From NCBI GenBank assembly GCA_963667795.1, contig OY764017.1:1460079-1524078 (forward strand): 64,000 bases of DNA, written 5' to 3'. The translations under genes were made by a program, and so were the position numbers. Below the pieces are notes generated by a model. It was not told where the DNA came from. It ran no database searches and saw only the letters and a program-made list of their open reading frames with translations. Source of the DNA: Christensenellaceae bacterium (lineage in GTDB: Bacteria > Bacillota > Clostridia > Christensenellales > CAG-138). Shown piece after piece: positions 9,275 to 18,779 of the stretch; within the stretch, counting starts at the first letter, position 1, and each line of letters opens with the position of its first letter.

Positions 9275-10939
9275 ATGGACAGTGAATACCTGAAGCTCAA
9301 ACGTTCCAACTGCAAGAACTGCCATAAATGCATCCGCAACTGCCCCGTCAAGTCCATTCGCTTTTCGGACGGGCACGCGCAAATCATCGGCGAAGCCTGC
9401 CTGCTCTGCGGGCAGTGCTTTGTCGTTTGTCCGCAAAACGCAAAGATCATCCGCGACGATCTGCCGCTTGTAAAAGAAGCGCTTGCCTCCAAAAAGCCGG
9501 TCGTCGCTTGTCTTGCGCCGTCGTTTGTTGCAAATTACCGCGGTGCAACAATCAATTCCATGCGGCGTGCGTTGAAAACGCTCGGTTTTGCCGACGTTCA
9601 GGAAACCGCCATCGGTGCATCTATCGTGAAAACGCGTTACGAAGAGCTGCTTGAAGACCACAGCGTTTTAATTTCGTCCTGCTGCCCGGTCATCGACGAT
9701 TTAATTCGCGAATATTATCCCGATGCGCTGCCTTATCTTGCAAACGTCATTACACCGATGGAAGCGCATGCGCGATTGGTCAATCGCAATCAGCCGGATG
9801 CGGTCACGGTTTTCATTGGCCCCTGTATCGCAAAAAAGCGCGAGGCAGACCATTCGTCGTTTGTCGATATTTCGCTTACATTTGAAGATTTAACCCGTTG
9901 GCTGGTTGAGGAAGGCGTCATGCTCACGCCCGAGCCGGACGACCTCGCGGAAAGCCGGACGCGGCTCTTCCCCACCGCAGGCGGTATCTGGCGCACCATG
10001 AAGCGCGACCCCGCAATCACATATGTCAGCGTTGATGGCATGCAGAACTGCATCGCCGCCATCAAGGATATCATCTCCGGCGAGTTGGAGCATTGTTTTA
10101 TCGAAATGTCCTCCTGCGCAGGCAGCTGCATCGGCGGCCCTGCTATGGAGCGACGCACATTGCCGCTCCGCGATTATGCAATCGTCAATGCATATGCAGG
10201 TCGACAGGATTATGTAGTAGATCAGCCACCGGCGGACGATCTGCACGAGCAGTATGAGCCCATCTCCACGCAAGCCGCGCATATCGGTGAAACTGCAATT
10301 GAAGAAACACTCCGCAAAATGGGCAAGCTAAAGCCGGAAGATGAACTGAATTGCGGGTTCTGCGGGTACGACACCTGTCGCGAAAAAGCCGCCGCTGTCT
10401 GCCAGGGCAAGGCGGAAATCTCCATGTGCCTGCCTTACTTAATGGAAAAGGCTAAATCGTTTTCCGACATCATCCTGCAAAATTCGCCTAACGGCGTACT
10501 GGTGCTGAATGAATCGTTTGAAATTCAGGACCTCAACAATGCCGCATGCACCATACTCAACATCAAAAACCGCACGGACGTCGTCGGTCGTCCGGTGGTT
10601 TCACTATTGAACCCCATCGCCGCGGTGCAGGCCGCGCGCGAAGGCCGAACCGTCCGCCGTCCGCCGGAGTATCTTTCCGAATACGGACGCTATATCGAGC
10701 AGACTGTCATGTACGACAAGACGTACCGCATTGTGATTCTGCTGCTGCGCGACGTGACCGAGCAGGAGTCTGTCCGTACCCAGAAAGAGTCCGTCTCGGT
10801 CAGCACAGTGCAGGCGGCCGACCGTGTCATCGAGCATCAAATTCGCATGGCGCAGGAAATTGCATCGCTTCTTGGTGAAACCGTTGCGGAAACAAAGGCG
10901 GTGCTGACGACACTCAAGGAGTCGGTGCGCGATGAATGA
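9275..10939 (+). CDS. sensory-type [FeFe]-hydrogenase-like protein with C-terminal Cys cluster and PAS domain
   Basis: - Two ferredoxin motifs: CKNCHKCIRNCP and CLLCGQCFVVCP.
- H-cluster motifs: SSCCP, GPCIAKKRE, EMSSCAGSCIGGP.
- An extra CGFCGYDTC..C..C motif, followed by a PAS-like region.
- The gene overlaps the downstream PP2C gene by 8 nt. Confidence 0.8.
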   Translation: MDSEYLKLKRSNCKNCHKCIRNCPVKSIRFSDGHAQIIGEACLLCGQCFVVCPQNAKIIRDDLPLVKEALASKKPVVACLAPSFVANYRGATINSMRRALKTLGFADVQETAIGASIVKTRYEELLEDHSVLISSCCPVIDDLIREYYPDALPYLANVITPMEAHARLVNRNQPDAVTVFIGPCIAKKREADHSSFVDISLTFEDLTRWLVEEGVMLTPEPDDLAESRTRLFPTAGGIWRTMKRDPAITYVSVDGMQNCIAAIKDIISGELEHCFIEMSSCAGSCIGGPAMERRTLPLRDYAIVNAYAGRQDYVVDQPPADDLHEQYEPISTQAAHIGETAIEETLRKMGKLKPEDELNCGFCGYDTCREKAAAVCQGKAEISMCLPYLMEKAKSFSDIILQNSPNGVLVLNESFEIQDLNNAACTILNIKNRTDVVGRPVVSLLNPIAAVQAAREGRTVRRPPEYLSEYGRYIEQTVMYDKTYRIVILLLRDVTEQESVRTQKESVSVSTVQAADRVIEHQIRMAQEIASLLGETVAETKAVLTTLKESVRDE

Positions 10940-12098
10940 TCTTTTTACCGACATAAGCTATAAAAGCGTAAACAAGCACGGCGAAGAAGTCTGCGGAGAC
11001 CGCGTTGAAATTTCAGAACGAAACGGCGCGGTATCTGCCGTTTTGGCGGACGGTCTCGGCAGTGGCGTGCGCGCCAATATACTATCAACACTAACATCCA
11101 AAATATTTTCCACCATGATGGCGCAAAACATGCCCGTTGAGGAGTGCGTCGCCACCATGAATGCAACGCTGCCGTTTGCGCGGGAAAGCGCCGCTTATTC
11201 CACATTCACCGTCATGCGAGTCGATGAGAGCGAGCGAGCGGAAATCATTCGTTTTGATAATCCGCACGTCATTTGGCTGCGCAATGGCAACCGTATGGAT
11301 TATCCTGAGTCGCTTTCTTGTGTCGGCGCAAAAAATGTCTATACGGCTAATCTTGATCTCGTTTGCGGCGACACATTGATTTCGGTTTCGGACGGTGCGC
11401 TCTATGCCAGCGAAGGCCGAACGCTTGACTACAACTGGGATTTGGATGGTCTGACCGGTTTTGTGGAGGCGTTTTATCACCCTGATTACACAGCAAAGGA
11501 AATCTGCACCATCTTGCTTGACAAGCTGGTCGAACTCTACGGCGGGACACCGGGAGACGATACAACCGTTTGTGTCTGCCGGATTAAAAAACGCAACCAT
11601 GTCAACCTAGTGTTTGGCCCACCGCGCGCAAGCACAGACGACACGCTCATGATGGACTTGTTCTTTTCAAAGCGCGGCAAGCACATTGTGTGTGGCGGAA
11701 CGACCGCAAAAATTGCGGGGCGCTACCTTGGCCGTGCTGTCGTACCGCTGTTTGACGCGTCGGACGCGGATATTCCACCGGCCTCCAGCATAGAGGGTGT
11801 CGATCTGGTTACGGAAGGCGTATTGACTCTGTCGAGAGTGCTTGAAAGTGCTGAGGCCTATATTGCGCAGGATGGTGGTTCATCCTCCTGGCAGTCCAGG
11901 CAGGACGCAGCTTCAAAAATCTCCGCCATCCTTCTGGAGCAGGCGACAGACATCGATCTGTTCGTTGGTCGGGCGGAAAACGAAGCCTACGACAAGCCCG
12001 GCATGCCGGTGAGTTTGAACGCAAAAGTGCGCCTTGCAGAGCGTCTCGCCGCATGCCTTGAAAAAGCGGGCAAGCGTATCAAAGTCAGCTATTTTTAG
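10932..12098 (+). CDS. SpoIIE/PP2C-family protein phosphatase with an uncharacterised C-terminal domain
   Basis: 388 aa. The N-terminal half (GEEVCGDRVE.., ADGLGSG, DDTTV) fits PP2C/SpoIIE. I do not recognise the roughly 170-aa C-terminal part. Confidence 0.8.
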   Translation: MNDLFTDISYKSVNKHGEEVCGDRVEISERNGAVSAVLADGLGSGVRANILSTLTSKIFSTMMAQNMPVEECVATMNATLPFARESAAYSTFTVMRVDESERAEIIRFDNPHVIWLRNGNRMDYPESLSCVGAKNVYTANLDLVCGDTLISVSDGALYASEGRTLDYNWDLDGLTGFVEAFYHPDYTAKEICTILLDKLVELYGGTPGDDTTVCVCRIKKRNHVNLVFGPPRASTDDTLMMDLFFSKRGKHIVCGGTTAKIAGRYLGRAVVPLFDASDADIPPASSIEGVDLVTEGVLTLSRVLESAEAYIAQDGGSSSWQSRQDAASKISAILLEQATDIDLFVGRAENEAYDKPGMPVSLNAKVRLAERLAACLEKAGKRIKVSYF

Positions 12099-12111
12099 TA
12101 GAGCAATCGCC

Positions 12112-12148
12112 AAAAAGCGCCGCAGCATGCATGTTGTGGCGCTTTTTT
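12112..12148 (+). terminator. intrinsic terminator after the phosphatase gene
   Basis: AAAAAGCGCC..16 nt..GGCGCTTTTTT. Confidence 0.75.
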
Positions 12149-12159
12149 AGCGTGCCTGA

Positions 12160-12191
12160 TTCTTATAATAAATTTCTTTTTATTATAAGAA
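12160..12191. promoter_or_regulatory. perfect 13-bp AT-rich inverted repeat (operator-like) upstream of the tail-fibre-like cassette
   Basis: TTCTTATAATAAA-tttctt-TTTATTATAAGAA; a second hairpin CGGGGATA..TATCCCCG lies at about 12207-12233. Confidence 0.45.
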
Positions 12192-12257
12192 AATATTTCA
12201 CCTTTTCGGGGGATAATGAAATTGGATATCCCCGATTGATTTTACCGGGAGGAGTTT

Positions 12258-13190
12258 ATGCAAACAAAAGACTATTCCATCACGCTCGATATGCTGCGGA
12301 CGCTTCCATTCCGCCCATTCGAAATCGTGGAAGGAGACACCGGCAACGTTCTGCATGTAACGTTGCTAAACAACGGTGACGCAATGGACCTGACCAACAG
12401 CAAGCTCTGCATCACCTTTGCTTCCAGCAGTGGGTTTGCCATGCAGGACGAGACCAGCGGCATCGTGAAAACCGAGGAAACGGGTACGTTTGATATCGCG
12501 CTTTTACCGACGGCATACGGCGCTGGTAACGTCAGCGCGGACGTACAAGTATACAGCGGCGAAGACGACGCAACACTGATCACCAGCACGCGGTTTGATT
12601 TCCGCTGTAGAAAGTCACTTATCAGCGGGGACATCATTCTCGCCAATAGTGCATATCCACCGTTGGTGGAAGCCACACGCATTGCAAACGAAGCCGCCGC
12701 ATCCGCTCTGGCGGCAGCCGAACGGATTGGCACCGACATCGGCGAACTCAACGTCCAGGCAGACTGGTTGGAGTTGGATGATGCGTCCGACGCGTTCATC
12801 CGAAACAAGCCGGACATACCGGCCGAACCGGCCGATATTGGCGCGGCGGATGACTCGCATGCCGCCCGGCATGCATCCGGCGGTGCGGACACAATTTCGC
12901 CCGCAAGCATTCTTGCCGCGGCCAAATCGTCGCTCATCACGGAAACGCTGCTTGCGACGAACTGGGCTGACACGAGCTATACGCTGGCGGTTACAGGGGT
13001 GCGTATCGATTCCGCGGTCGAAATTCTGCCGGGATCAGCGATCACGGAAGACCAGCTGGAGGCGCTGCAGGGCGCAAACATACAAGACGGCGGGCAGGCC
13101 GCGGGCAGTATCACGTTGAAGGCGTTCGACGAAGTACCGACGGTCGATATCCCAATCCGTATAATTGTGAGAGGAGATTTGTACACATGA
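12258..13190 (+). CDS. phage BppU/tail-fibre-like protein
   Basis: 310 aa. The N-terminus (ITLDM..FEIVEGDTGNVLHVTLLNNGDAMDL) resembles the baseplate-upper-protein Ig-like N-domain, followed by an Ala-rich coiled stretch. There is a 4-nt overlap with the next gene. Confidence 0.55.
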   Translation: MQTKDYSITLDMLRTLPFRPFEIVEGDTGNVLHVTLLNNGDAMDLTNSKLCITFASSSGFAMQDETSGIVKTEETGTFDIALLPTAYGAGNVSADVQVYSGEDDATLITSTRFDFRCRKSLISGDIILANSAYPPLVEATRIANEAAASALAAAERIGTDIGELNVQADWLELDDASDAFIRNKPDIPAEPADIGAADDSHAARHASGGADTISPASILAAAKSSLITETLLATNWADTSYTLAVTGVRIDSAVEILPGSAITEDQLEALQGANIQDGGQAAGSITLKAFDEVPTVDIPIRIIVRGDLYT

Positions 13191-14038
13191 GCGAAATTGT
13201 AAAAAAGTTGTACGCATGGTGCTTGGATAAGGTACGATTTGTCGCGGGCGCGATCATCGCATTTTTACCACGGGCTTTGCCGAACAAAAAGAAAAGCGTA
13301 GCGTTTTTGAAGCGAGTGTTTCTAGTACTTGCAATGATACTGCTTATGTGCCCGGTTATTATGCGCGTTGGGGGTAAAGCGGCAACAGGGGGCTTTCCAG
13401 AATTTACTTATACTGGGTCTTATACATTGGTAGATGATGGAGGCGGTGACTGGCGAATTAAGTTTTTGACCAGCGGCACGCTTGTTGTAACGAGCGGTAG
13501 CGTTACAGTCGACGTATTTCTTGTAGGAGGTGGAGCAAGCGGAGCGAAAGGAAACACAGCTGTTTATCGACGCTTGGGCGGAAACGGCGGATTCACATAT
13601 GCTGGCACTTATGTAGTTTCAAAAAATACTTCTTACAATATCATCGTAGGCGCAGGGGGGAACGGAGCATCTGCAGGAGTAGATAGTTCAGTTGGAGGCG
13701 GAACCTCCACTGCATTCGGTTTATCTGCCGCAGGCGGGCAGTCACGTGATCATGGTTCTGCATACGGTGGATCAGGGGGTTCTGGACACGAAGGAACGGC
13801 TGGCTCCAATGGATCGAATGGTACCGGATTATACTATGGTATCGGTCAAGGCACAACAACTCGTGAATTTGCAGAATCGTCAGGGGCGTTATATGCGGCT
13901 GGAGGTGCTGCTGGAGGATCTGTTTCTGGTGCGAGTAATACGGGGAACGGTGGACGTGGTGGCGACAACAATAATTATACTGCTGGATCTGGTGGATCCG
14001 GCATTGTCATCATTCGCAATCATCGCGCGGCGGCATAA
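13187..14038 (+). CDS. glycine-rich domain protein (phage tail-fibre-type Gly-rich domain) with an N-terminal TM segment
   Basis: 283 aa. VFLVGGGASGA..GGNGG..GAGGNG..GGSGGSG..GSGGSGIVIIR pattern; hydrophobic segment VFLVLAMILLMCPVIM. Confidence 0.55.
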   Translation: MSEIVKKLYAWCLDKVRFVAGAIIAFLPRALPNKKKSVAFLKRVFLVLAMILLMCPVIMRVGGKAATGGFPEFTYTGSYTLVDDGGGDWRIKFLTSGTLVVTSGSVTVDVFLVGGGASGAKGNTAVYRRLGGNGGFTYAGTYVVSKNTSYNIIVGAGGNGASAGVDSSVGGGTSTAFGLSAAGGQSRDHGSAYGGSGGSGHEGTAGSNGSNGTGLYYGIGQGTTTREFAESSGALYAAGGAAGGSVSGASNTGNGGRGGDNNNYTAGSGGSGIVIIRNHRAAA

Positions 14039-14050
14039 GGAGAAAGATAC

Positions 14051-14269
14051 ATGAATTATGCAATCATTGAAAACAATGTAGTAACAAACATAATTGTCGG
14101 TCCAATGCCGAATGGCATGAGCGGCATTGCACTAGACGATCGCCCTGTAGCCATCGGTGACAGCTATTCAGACGGTGTATTTACACGCAACGGCGAACCT
14201 GTGCTGACACCCAATGAAAAAATTTTGGAGTTGGAAGCGCATATTGCAGAGCTGGAGGCTTCGGTCTGA
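14051..14269 (+). CDS. small hypothetical protein (phage-associated type)
   Basis: 72 aa, directly downstream in the same cassette. The C-terminal heptad-like sequence is ILELEAHIAELEA. Confidence 0.4.
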   Translation: MNYAIIENNVVTNIIVGPMPNGMSGIALDDRPVAIGDSYSDGVFTRNGEPVLTPNEKILELEAHIAELEASV

Positions 14270-14296
14270 AAGTTTACGCATTCCCCTCTGAACATC

Positions 14297-14341
14297 GTGT
14301 GACAAAAGAAGACGGCGGGAAACCGCCGTCTTCTGTGTCAC
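14297..14341. terminator. bidirectional terminator between the cassette and the convergent permease gene
   Basis: GTGTGACAAAAGAAGACGGCGG-gaaa-CCGCCGTCTTCTGTGTCAC long hairpin. Confidence 0.8.
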
Positions 14342-14376
14342 GAGAAATGGAGTGTTGGGATAGTGAAAGTACTTAT

Positions 14377-15678
14377 TTATTCTTCAAGCGAGAACTCATA
14401 ATCCTTGCCGGGGAGGATTGCGTTGACAACGATGCCAACGATTGCAGCGGTCGCAAGGCCGGAGAAACTTAGCGTTCCAATATGGACAACGCCCCATGTC
14501 AATGCCGCAGAGTCGGAACCCATTGCGGAACTGGTTTGGATGCCAAGGCCGGTTACAAGGATCAACGCCGCCACCAGAACATTGCGCATGTTCTTGAAGT
14601 CAACTTTGTGTTCAACGATTGTGCGGACGCCGGTCGCGGTAATCATGCCGTAAAGCACGATGGAAATACCGCCGATAATGGCAGCCGGAATCGTATTGAC
14701 AAACGCTTCAAAAATGCTGACAAACGAAAGGATGATCGCAAAGCAAGCAGCAATAAACATGACTTTCGGGTCAAAAACGCGGGTCAGTGCAACAACGCCG
14801 GTGTTCTCGGAATAGGTTGTGTTTGCCGGGCCGCCAAGAAGGCCGGCAACCGACGTGCCGACGCCGTCGCCGAGAAGTGTACGGGTCAGACCCGGGTCTG
14901 CAATAAAGTTCTTGCCACAGGTTGCCCCGATTGCGCAAACATCGCCGATATGCTCAACCATAGCGGCAACTGCAACAACGATGAATGTTAGGATCGTGCT
15001 GAGGTCAAACTTCGGGAGGAAGAACGGCGGAACCGCAAGGATATCGCTGAACCCCGAGACCTTCAGGCCGGAGAAATCAATCCATGCAGGACCAAATGCC
15101 GTAACTATGCAAGCAACGATGTAGGCACCGAAAATACCAATCAGGACCGGTAGGATTTTAATCATTCCCTTGCCCCAGATGTTCGCGACAATAACGATAA
15201 CGACTGTCAGAATCGCAAGCCACCAGTTGTTAGACGCCTGGTTAAACGCGAAATACGCCAAGCCAAGGCCGATCAACATGATAATCGGGCCGGTGACAAC
15301 CGGCGGGAAGAGTTTCATGACACGTTTCGGTCCAAAGATTGCGAACAACGCAGCAAAAATCACATACGTTAAACCGGCTGAAACGATGCCGCCGGTCGCG
15401 TACGGCATGCCCAGTGTTCCCGCCGCCGCCGTGATGGCTCCGATGAATGCAAACGACGAACCCAGGAATACCGGAACCTTCTGCTTGGTGATGAAGAAAA
15501 ACCAGATCGTAGCAATACCGGCGCAGAACAGGGTAACGGAGATTGACATTCCGCAGATTATTGGGACAAGGACTGTGGCTCCAAACATTGCAAATACGTG
15601 CTGGAGGCCCAAAACGAGCATTTTGCCCGTTCCAAGCTCTTTAAAGCCATCGTAAATGCCTTCGACTTTCTTTTCCAT
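14377..15678 (-). CDS. NCS2-family nucleobase (uracil/xanthine-type) permease
   Basis: 433 aa, polytopic. The overall sequence pattern is typical of uracil-xanthine permeases (..ENTGVVALTRV..). Confidence 0.88.
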   Translation of the reverse strand: MEKKVEGIYDGFKELGTGKMLVLGLQHVFAMFGATVLVPIICGMSISVTLFCAGIATIWFFFITKQKVPVFLGSSFAFIGAITAAAGTLGMPYATGGIVSAGLTYVIFAALFAIFGPKRVMKLFPPVVTGPIIMLIGLGLAYFAFNQASNNWWLAILTVVIVIVANIWGKGMIKILPVLIGIFGAYIVACIVTAFGPAWIDFSGLKVSGFSDILAVPPFFLPKFDLSTILTFIVVAVAAMVEHIGDVCAIGATCGKNFIADPGLTRTLLGDGVGTSVAGLLGGPANTTYSENTGVVALTRVFDPKVMFIAACFAIILSFVSIFEAFVNTIPAAIIGGISIVLYGMITATGVRTIVEHKVDFKNMRNVLVAALILVTGLGIQTSSAMGSDSAALTWGVVHIGTLSFSGLATAAIVGIVVNAILPGKDYEFSLEE

Positions 15679-15732
15679 TGAATTACCTCCTAATATTTTT
15701 GATTCAATTAGGTCTCCATTTCTCAGGGTATA

Positions 15733-15755
15733 TCAAAAGAGCGTGTTCGCTCTTC
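15733..15755 (-). terminator. terminator-like hairpin inside the permease leader (candidate attenuator)
   Basis: The minus strand reads AAGAGCG-aaca-CGCTCTTTTGAT about 55 nt upstream of the permease start codon. Confidence 0.5.
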
Positions 15756-15946
15756 GATACCGAGCATGTGAAATCACGAGCTCACTGTTTTGCATTATTT
15801 TGCTCGCAATCACAGGTAGTTCACGGGTTTATCAAGGTGCAATTGTCGGTTGGGGAATGTGAAAACTTTCAGCGGGCCGGAGATGCACACCAAACCCTAT
15901 CCCGCCTAATATACATCATCCGGCCTTTTGAATCAAGAACAATATA

Positions 15947-18277
15947 CTATTTTTTCTTGTCGCGCAGTGCCTTCAATACGTCGTCAGGCGTAATCGGCAT
16001 CCGGGTGAATCGCATACCGATTGCATTGTACACTGCGTTCGCAATCGCCGGCGCGCCTGGCACCATCAGCGGTTCGCCGACGCCGCGCGCACCATACGGC
16101 CCGGTCGGTTCGGCATGCTCAACATACTTGATGGAGAGTTCAGGAATATCGTCCGCCGTCGGGATTTTGTAATCCATAAAGCTCTTGTTCAGTACACGCC
16201 CGTTCTTCAGCTTGAGTTCCTCAAAAATCGCCGTGCCGAGTGCCTGCACCATCGCGCCTTCCGCCTGTGCACAATACAGCGCAGGATTGACGACCTTGCC
16301 TGCGTCAAAGCAGGAGGACATCTTTAAAACGCGAATGTTGCCTGTTTCGGTATCAACTTCGACCTCTGCCGCGTTGGCGCCCATCGTCCAATACGCCGCC
16401 GGGTGCCCGTTTGCAAGGCCTGTTTTTTTGTCCGTGTTGATGTTGTTTTCCAGCGTAAACGTACCGACGCCGATTGCTGGTCCGCCGTAGCCGGAACCGT
16501 CCGGGAATGATATACCGAGTGCAAACTCAGAAATTGGGTAACGCCGTTCCGGATAGATTTTATGTACGACATAGCCGTCCCGGAATTCAAGGTCACGCTT
16601 GACCGCGCCCATCTTAATTTCGGCAAGGTCGAGCACTTTATCGCGCAAGTCCTCCGCCGCAAGTTTAACGGCGTTGCCCGCGCAGTATGTCGTGCGGCTC
16701 GCAACCGTTTGCCACTCATATGGCGTATATTCCGTGTCGCCGCAGCAGAACGAAATCTTATCCGGCGATACCGAAAGGACTTCCGCAGCGATCTGCGGCA
16801 AAACAGTGGAAACGCCCTGCCCCATCTCCTGTCCGCTGGACATGAGGATGAATGTTCCATCCTCGTTCATGCGGAGAATCGCCGCACTGCCCGCGTTAGT
16901 CGGCATGGACGGTGCCTTCCATCCGCCGGCGATACCCTTTGCGCGGATCTTGGTCGGGCTGCCGGACGGTTTGGAAGGTTTGTCGTACTCTATGTCCTTA
17001 ACAACCTCTTCCAGACACTCCTGAAATCCAGCGATGTCCACTTGCTCATTCATCCCGGTGTGTCCGCCGGGCCGGATACCGTTGATCCTGCGAACCTCCA
17101 GTTCGGAAACGCCGATGGCTTTTGCAACCATATCGATGTTTTGTTCAATGGCAAAATGGATTTCGCACATACCAAACCCACGGTACGGCCCACCGACCGG
17201 ATGGTTCGTATAGACACAATAGCTGTCCGTCCAGACGTTATCGATATCATACGGGCCTGCGGATGCCCATCCGCCCGCTTTGGTGATGTTTACGCCATAC
17301 TCGGTGTATGCACCGCCGTCCCAGACAAAGCGGTTTTGCACACCAAGTATTTTGCCGTCTTTACGGACAGCTGTTTTAATCGTCGCGTGCATGCCCTGAC
17401 GGACATATGCGTTGACAAACTCATCCTCACGCGTGTAGATCAGCTTGACCGGTCGCCCCTGGCAGTGTTTTGCCAACGGGATGACGATGCCTTCCAACGT
17501 GGTCCCGGCTTTGCTGCCGAAACCGCCGCCGACCGCCGGTGAAATGACGCGGATCTTATTGAGCGCAACGCCGAATGCAACAGACAGCGCCTGCCGAACG
17601 GCATATGGTGACTGGCAACTCGACCACACGGTCAGCTTTCCGTCGGCATCGCATTTCGCCATACAGGCGTGCGGTTCGAGCGGTACATGCTGCACGTGCG
17701 GCACATAGAACGAGTGCTCCAGCACCTTGTCCGCCTGCTTGCAGGCTTCCTCAAAATCACCCTTGCGCAAAACATAGTGATGCGAGATATTCGTGCCTTC
17801 TTCCGGCAGGAAGATCGGCGCAATTTTATATTTTGTAAGGTCAGGATGAATAATCGGCGCGTTCGGTTTCATACCTTCCAATGCGTTGGTCACAGCGGGC
17901 AGCTCCTCATATTCTACCTTGATGAGTCTGCAGGCCTCCTCCGCAATTTCCGGCGTTTCCGCTGCGACCGCCGCAACCGCCTCACCCATATATTTTGCCG
18001 TGTCGCCGGGTTTTGCCATGAAGTAACGGTCTTCCAGATACAGGCCCGCACGATTGGGATATTCGTCCCCGCAGATTGCGGCGCGTACGCCCGGAAGTTT
18101 CAGTGCTTCCGACATGTCCACGGAGATAATCTTTGCGTGCGCATACGGGCTGCGAACGCATTGTGCGTACAGCATGCGCTGAAAATGCATGTCGTCTACA
18201 AATTCGAGTGCGCCCGTGACTTTTTTGACCGCGTCGGAGCGTTCAAACGTCTTGCCGACATATTTGAGCTCTTCCAT
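15947..18277 (-). CDS. xanthine dehydrogenase-family molybdopterin-binding large subunit
   Basis: 776 aa. Aldehyde oxidase/xanthine dehydrogenase a/b-hammerhead and Mo-binding domain pattern. The start overlaps the stop of the 2Fe-2S subunit gene. Confidence 0.88.
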   Translation of the reverse strand: MEELKYVGKTFERSDAVKKVTGALEFVDDMHFQRMLYAQCVRSPYAHAKIISVDMSEALKLPGVRAAICGDEYPNRAGLYLEDRYFMAKPGDTAKYMGEAVAAVAAETPEIAEEACRLIKVEYEELPAVTNALEGMKPNAPIIHPDLTKYKIAPIFLPEEGTNISHHYVLRKGDFEEACKQADKVLEHSFYVPHVQHVPLEPHACMAKCDADGKLTVWSSCQSPYAVRQALSVAFGVALNKIRVISPAVGGGFGSKAGTTLEGIVIPLAKHCQGRPVKLIYTREDEFVNAYVRQGMHATIKTAVRKDGKILGVQNRFVWDGGAYTEYGVNITKAGGWASAGPYDIDNVWTDSYCVYTNHPVGGPYRGFGMCEIHFAIEQNIDMVAKAIGVSELEVRRINGIRPGGHTGMNEQVDIAGFQECLEEVVKDIEYDKPSKPSGSPTKIRAKGIAGGWKAPSMPTNAGSAAILRMNEDGTFILMSSGQEMGQGVSTVLPQIAAEVLSVSPDKISFCCGDTEYTPYEWQTVASRTTYCAGNAVKLAAEDLRDKVLDLAEIKMGAVKRDLEFRDGYVVHKIYPERRYPISEFALGISFPDGSGYGGPAIGVGTFTLENNINTDKKTGLANGHPAAYWTMGANAAEVEVDTETGNIRVLKMSSCFDAGKVVNPALYCAQAEGAMVQALGTAIFEELKLKNGRVLNKSFMDYKIPTADDIPELSIKYVEHAEPTGPYGARGVGEPLMVPGAPAIANAVYNAIGMRFTRMPITPDDVLKALRDKKK

Positions 18278-18762
18278 CAGTTCGCACCTCCTTTGTTCTG
18301 GTTCACAACATCTTCAATCGCCTCGATGATGCGAATGTATCCGGTGCAGCGGCAGAGATTGCCCGCGATTGCGTGCTTGATCTCGTCGCGTGACGGGGCC
18401 GGATTATCGTTGAGCAGCGCGGTCGCGCTCATGATAAAGCCCGGCGTGCAGAAGCCGCACTGCAACGCGGCATGATCGATAAACGCCTTTTGCAGCGGCG
18501 AAAGGTTCCCGTCATGATCAGCTATGCCTTCAATGGTCGTAATATGCATGCCATCCATCTCCGGCGCAAGTACGAGACACGCGTTGAGCGGCTTGCCGTC
18601 CACAATAACCGTGCAGGCGCCGCATTCACCAGCGCCGCAGCCGACTTTCGTGCCGGTCAGGTGCAGCTCGTCCCGGATGACGCTAAGCATGGTACGGTTC
18701 GGCTGAACGTCCAGCTCGTTGAGGTCTTCGTTGATATAGAAACGAACGTGAATTTTTTTCAT
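18277..18762 (-). CDS. (2Fe-2S)-binding small subunit of the molybdoenzyme
   Basis: 161 aa. [12 protein letters not shown] and CRCTGY motifs. Confidence 0.9.
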   Translation of the reverse strand: MKKIHVRFYINEDLNELDVQPNRTMLSVIRDELHLTGTKVGCGAGECGACTVIVDGKPLNACLVLAPEMDGMHITTIEGIADHDGNLSPLQKAFIDHAALQCGFCTPGFIMSATALLNDNPAPSRDEIKHAIAGNLCRCTGYIRIIEAIEDVVNQNKGGAN

Positions 18763-18779
18763 AATTTTATCGCACCCCC

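Noticed and set aside
15679-15946. Classical guanine/adenine (purine) riboswitch upstream of the permease
   Set aside because: The leader is structured, but I could not find the conserved purine-riboswitch junction and loop sequences (the UAUAAU-type J1/2, the L2/L3 kissing loops, or CCGUAAAU-like segments). It is kept only as an unknown-class candidate.
16562-17542. 326-aa plus-strand ORF inside the molybdopterin subunit gene (also 17669-18475)
   Set aside because: It is antisense to the Xdh-family large subunit. Its composition is the Arg-rich pattern expected of a GC-rich shadow frame.
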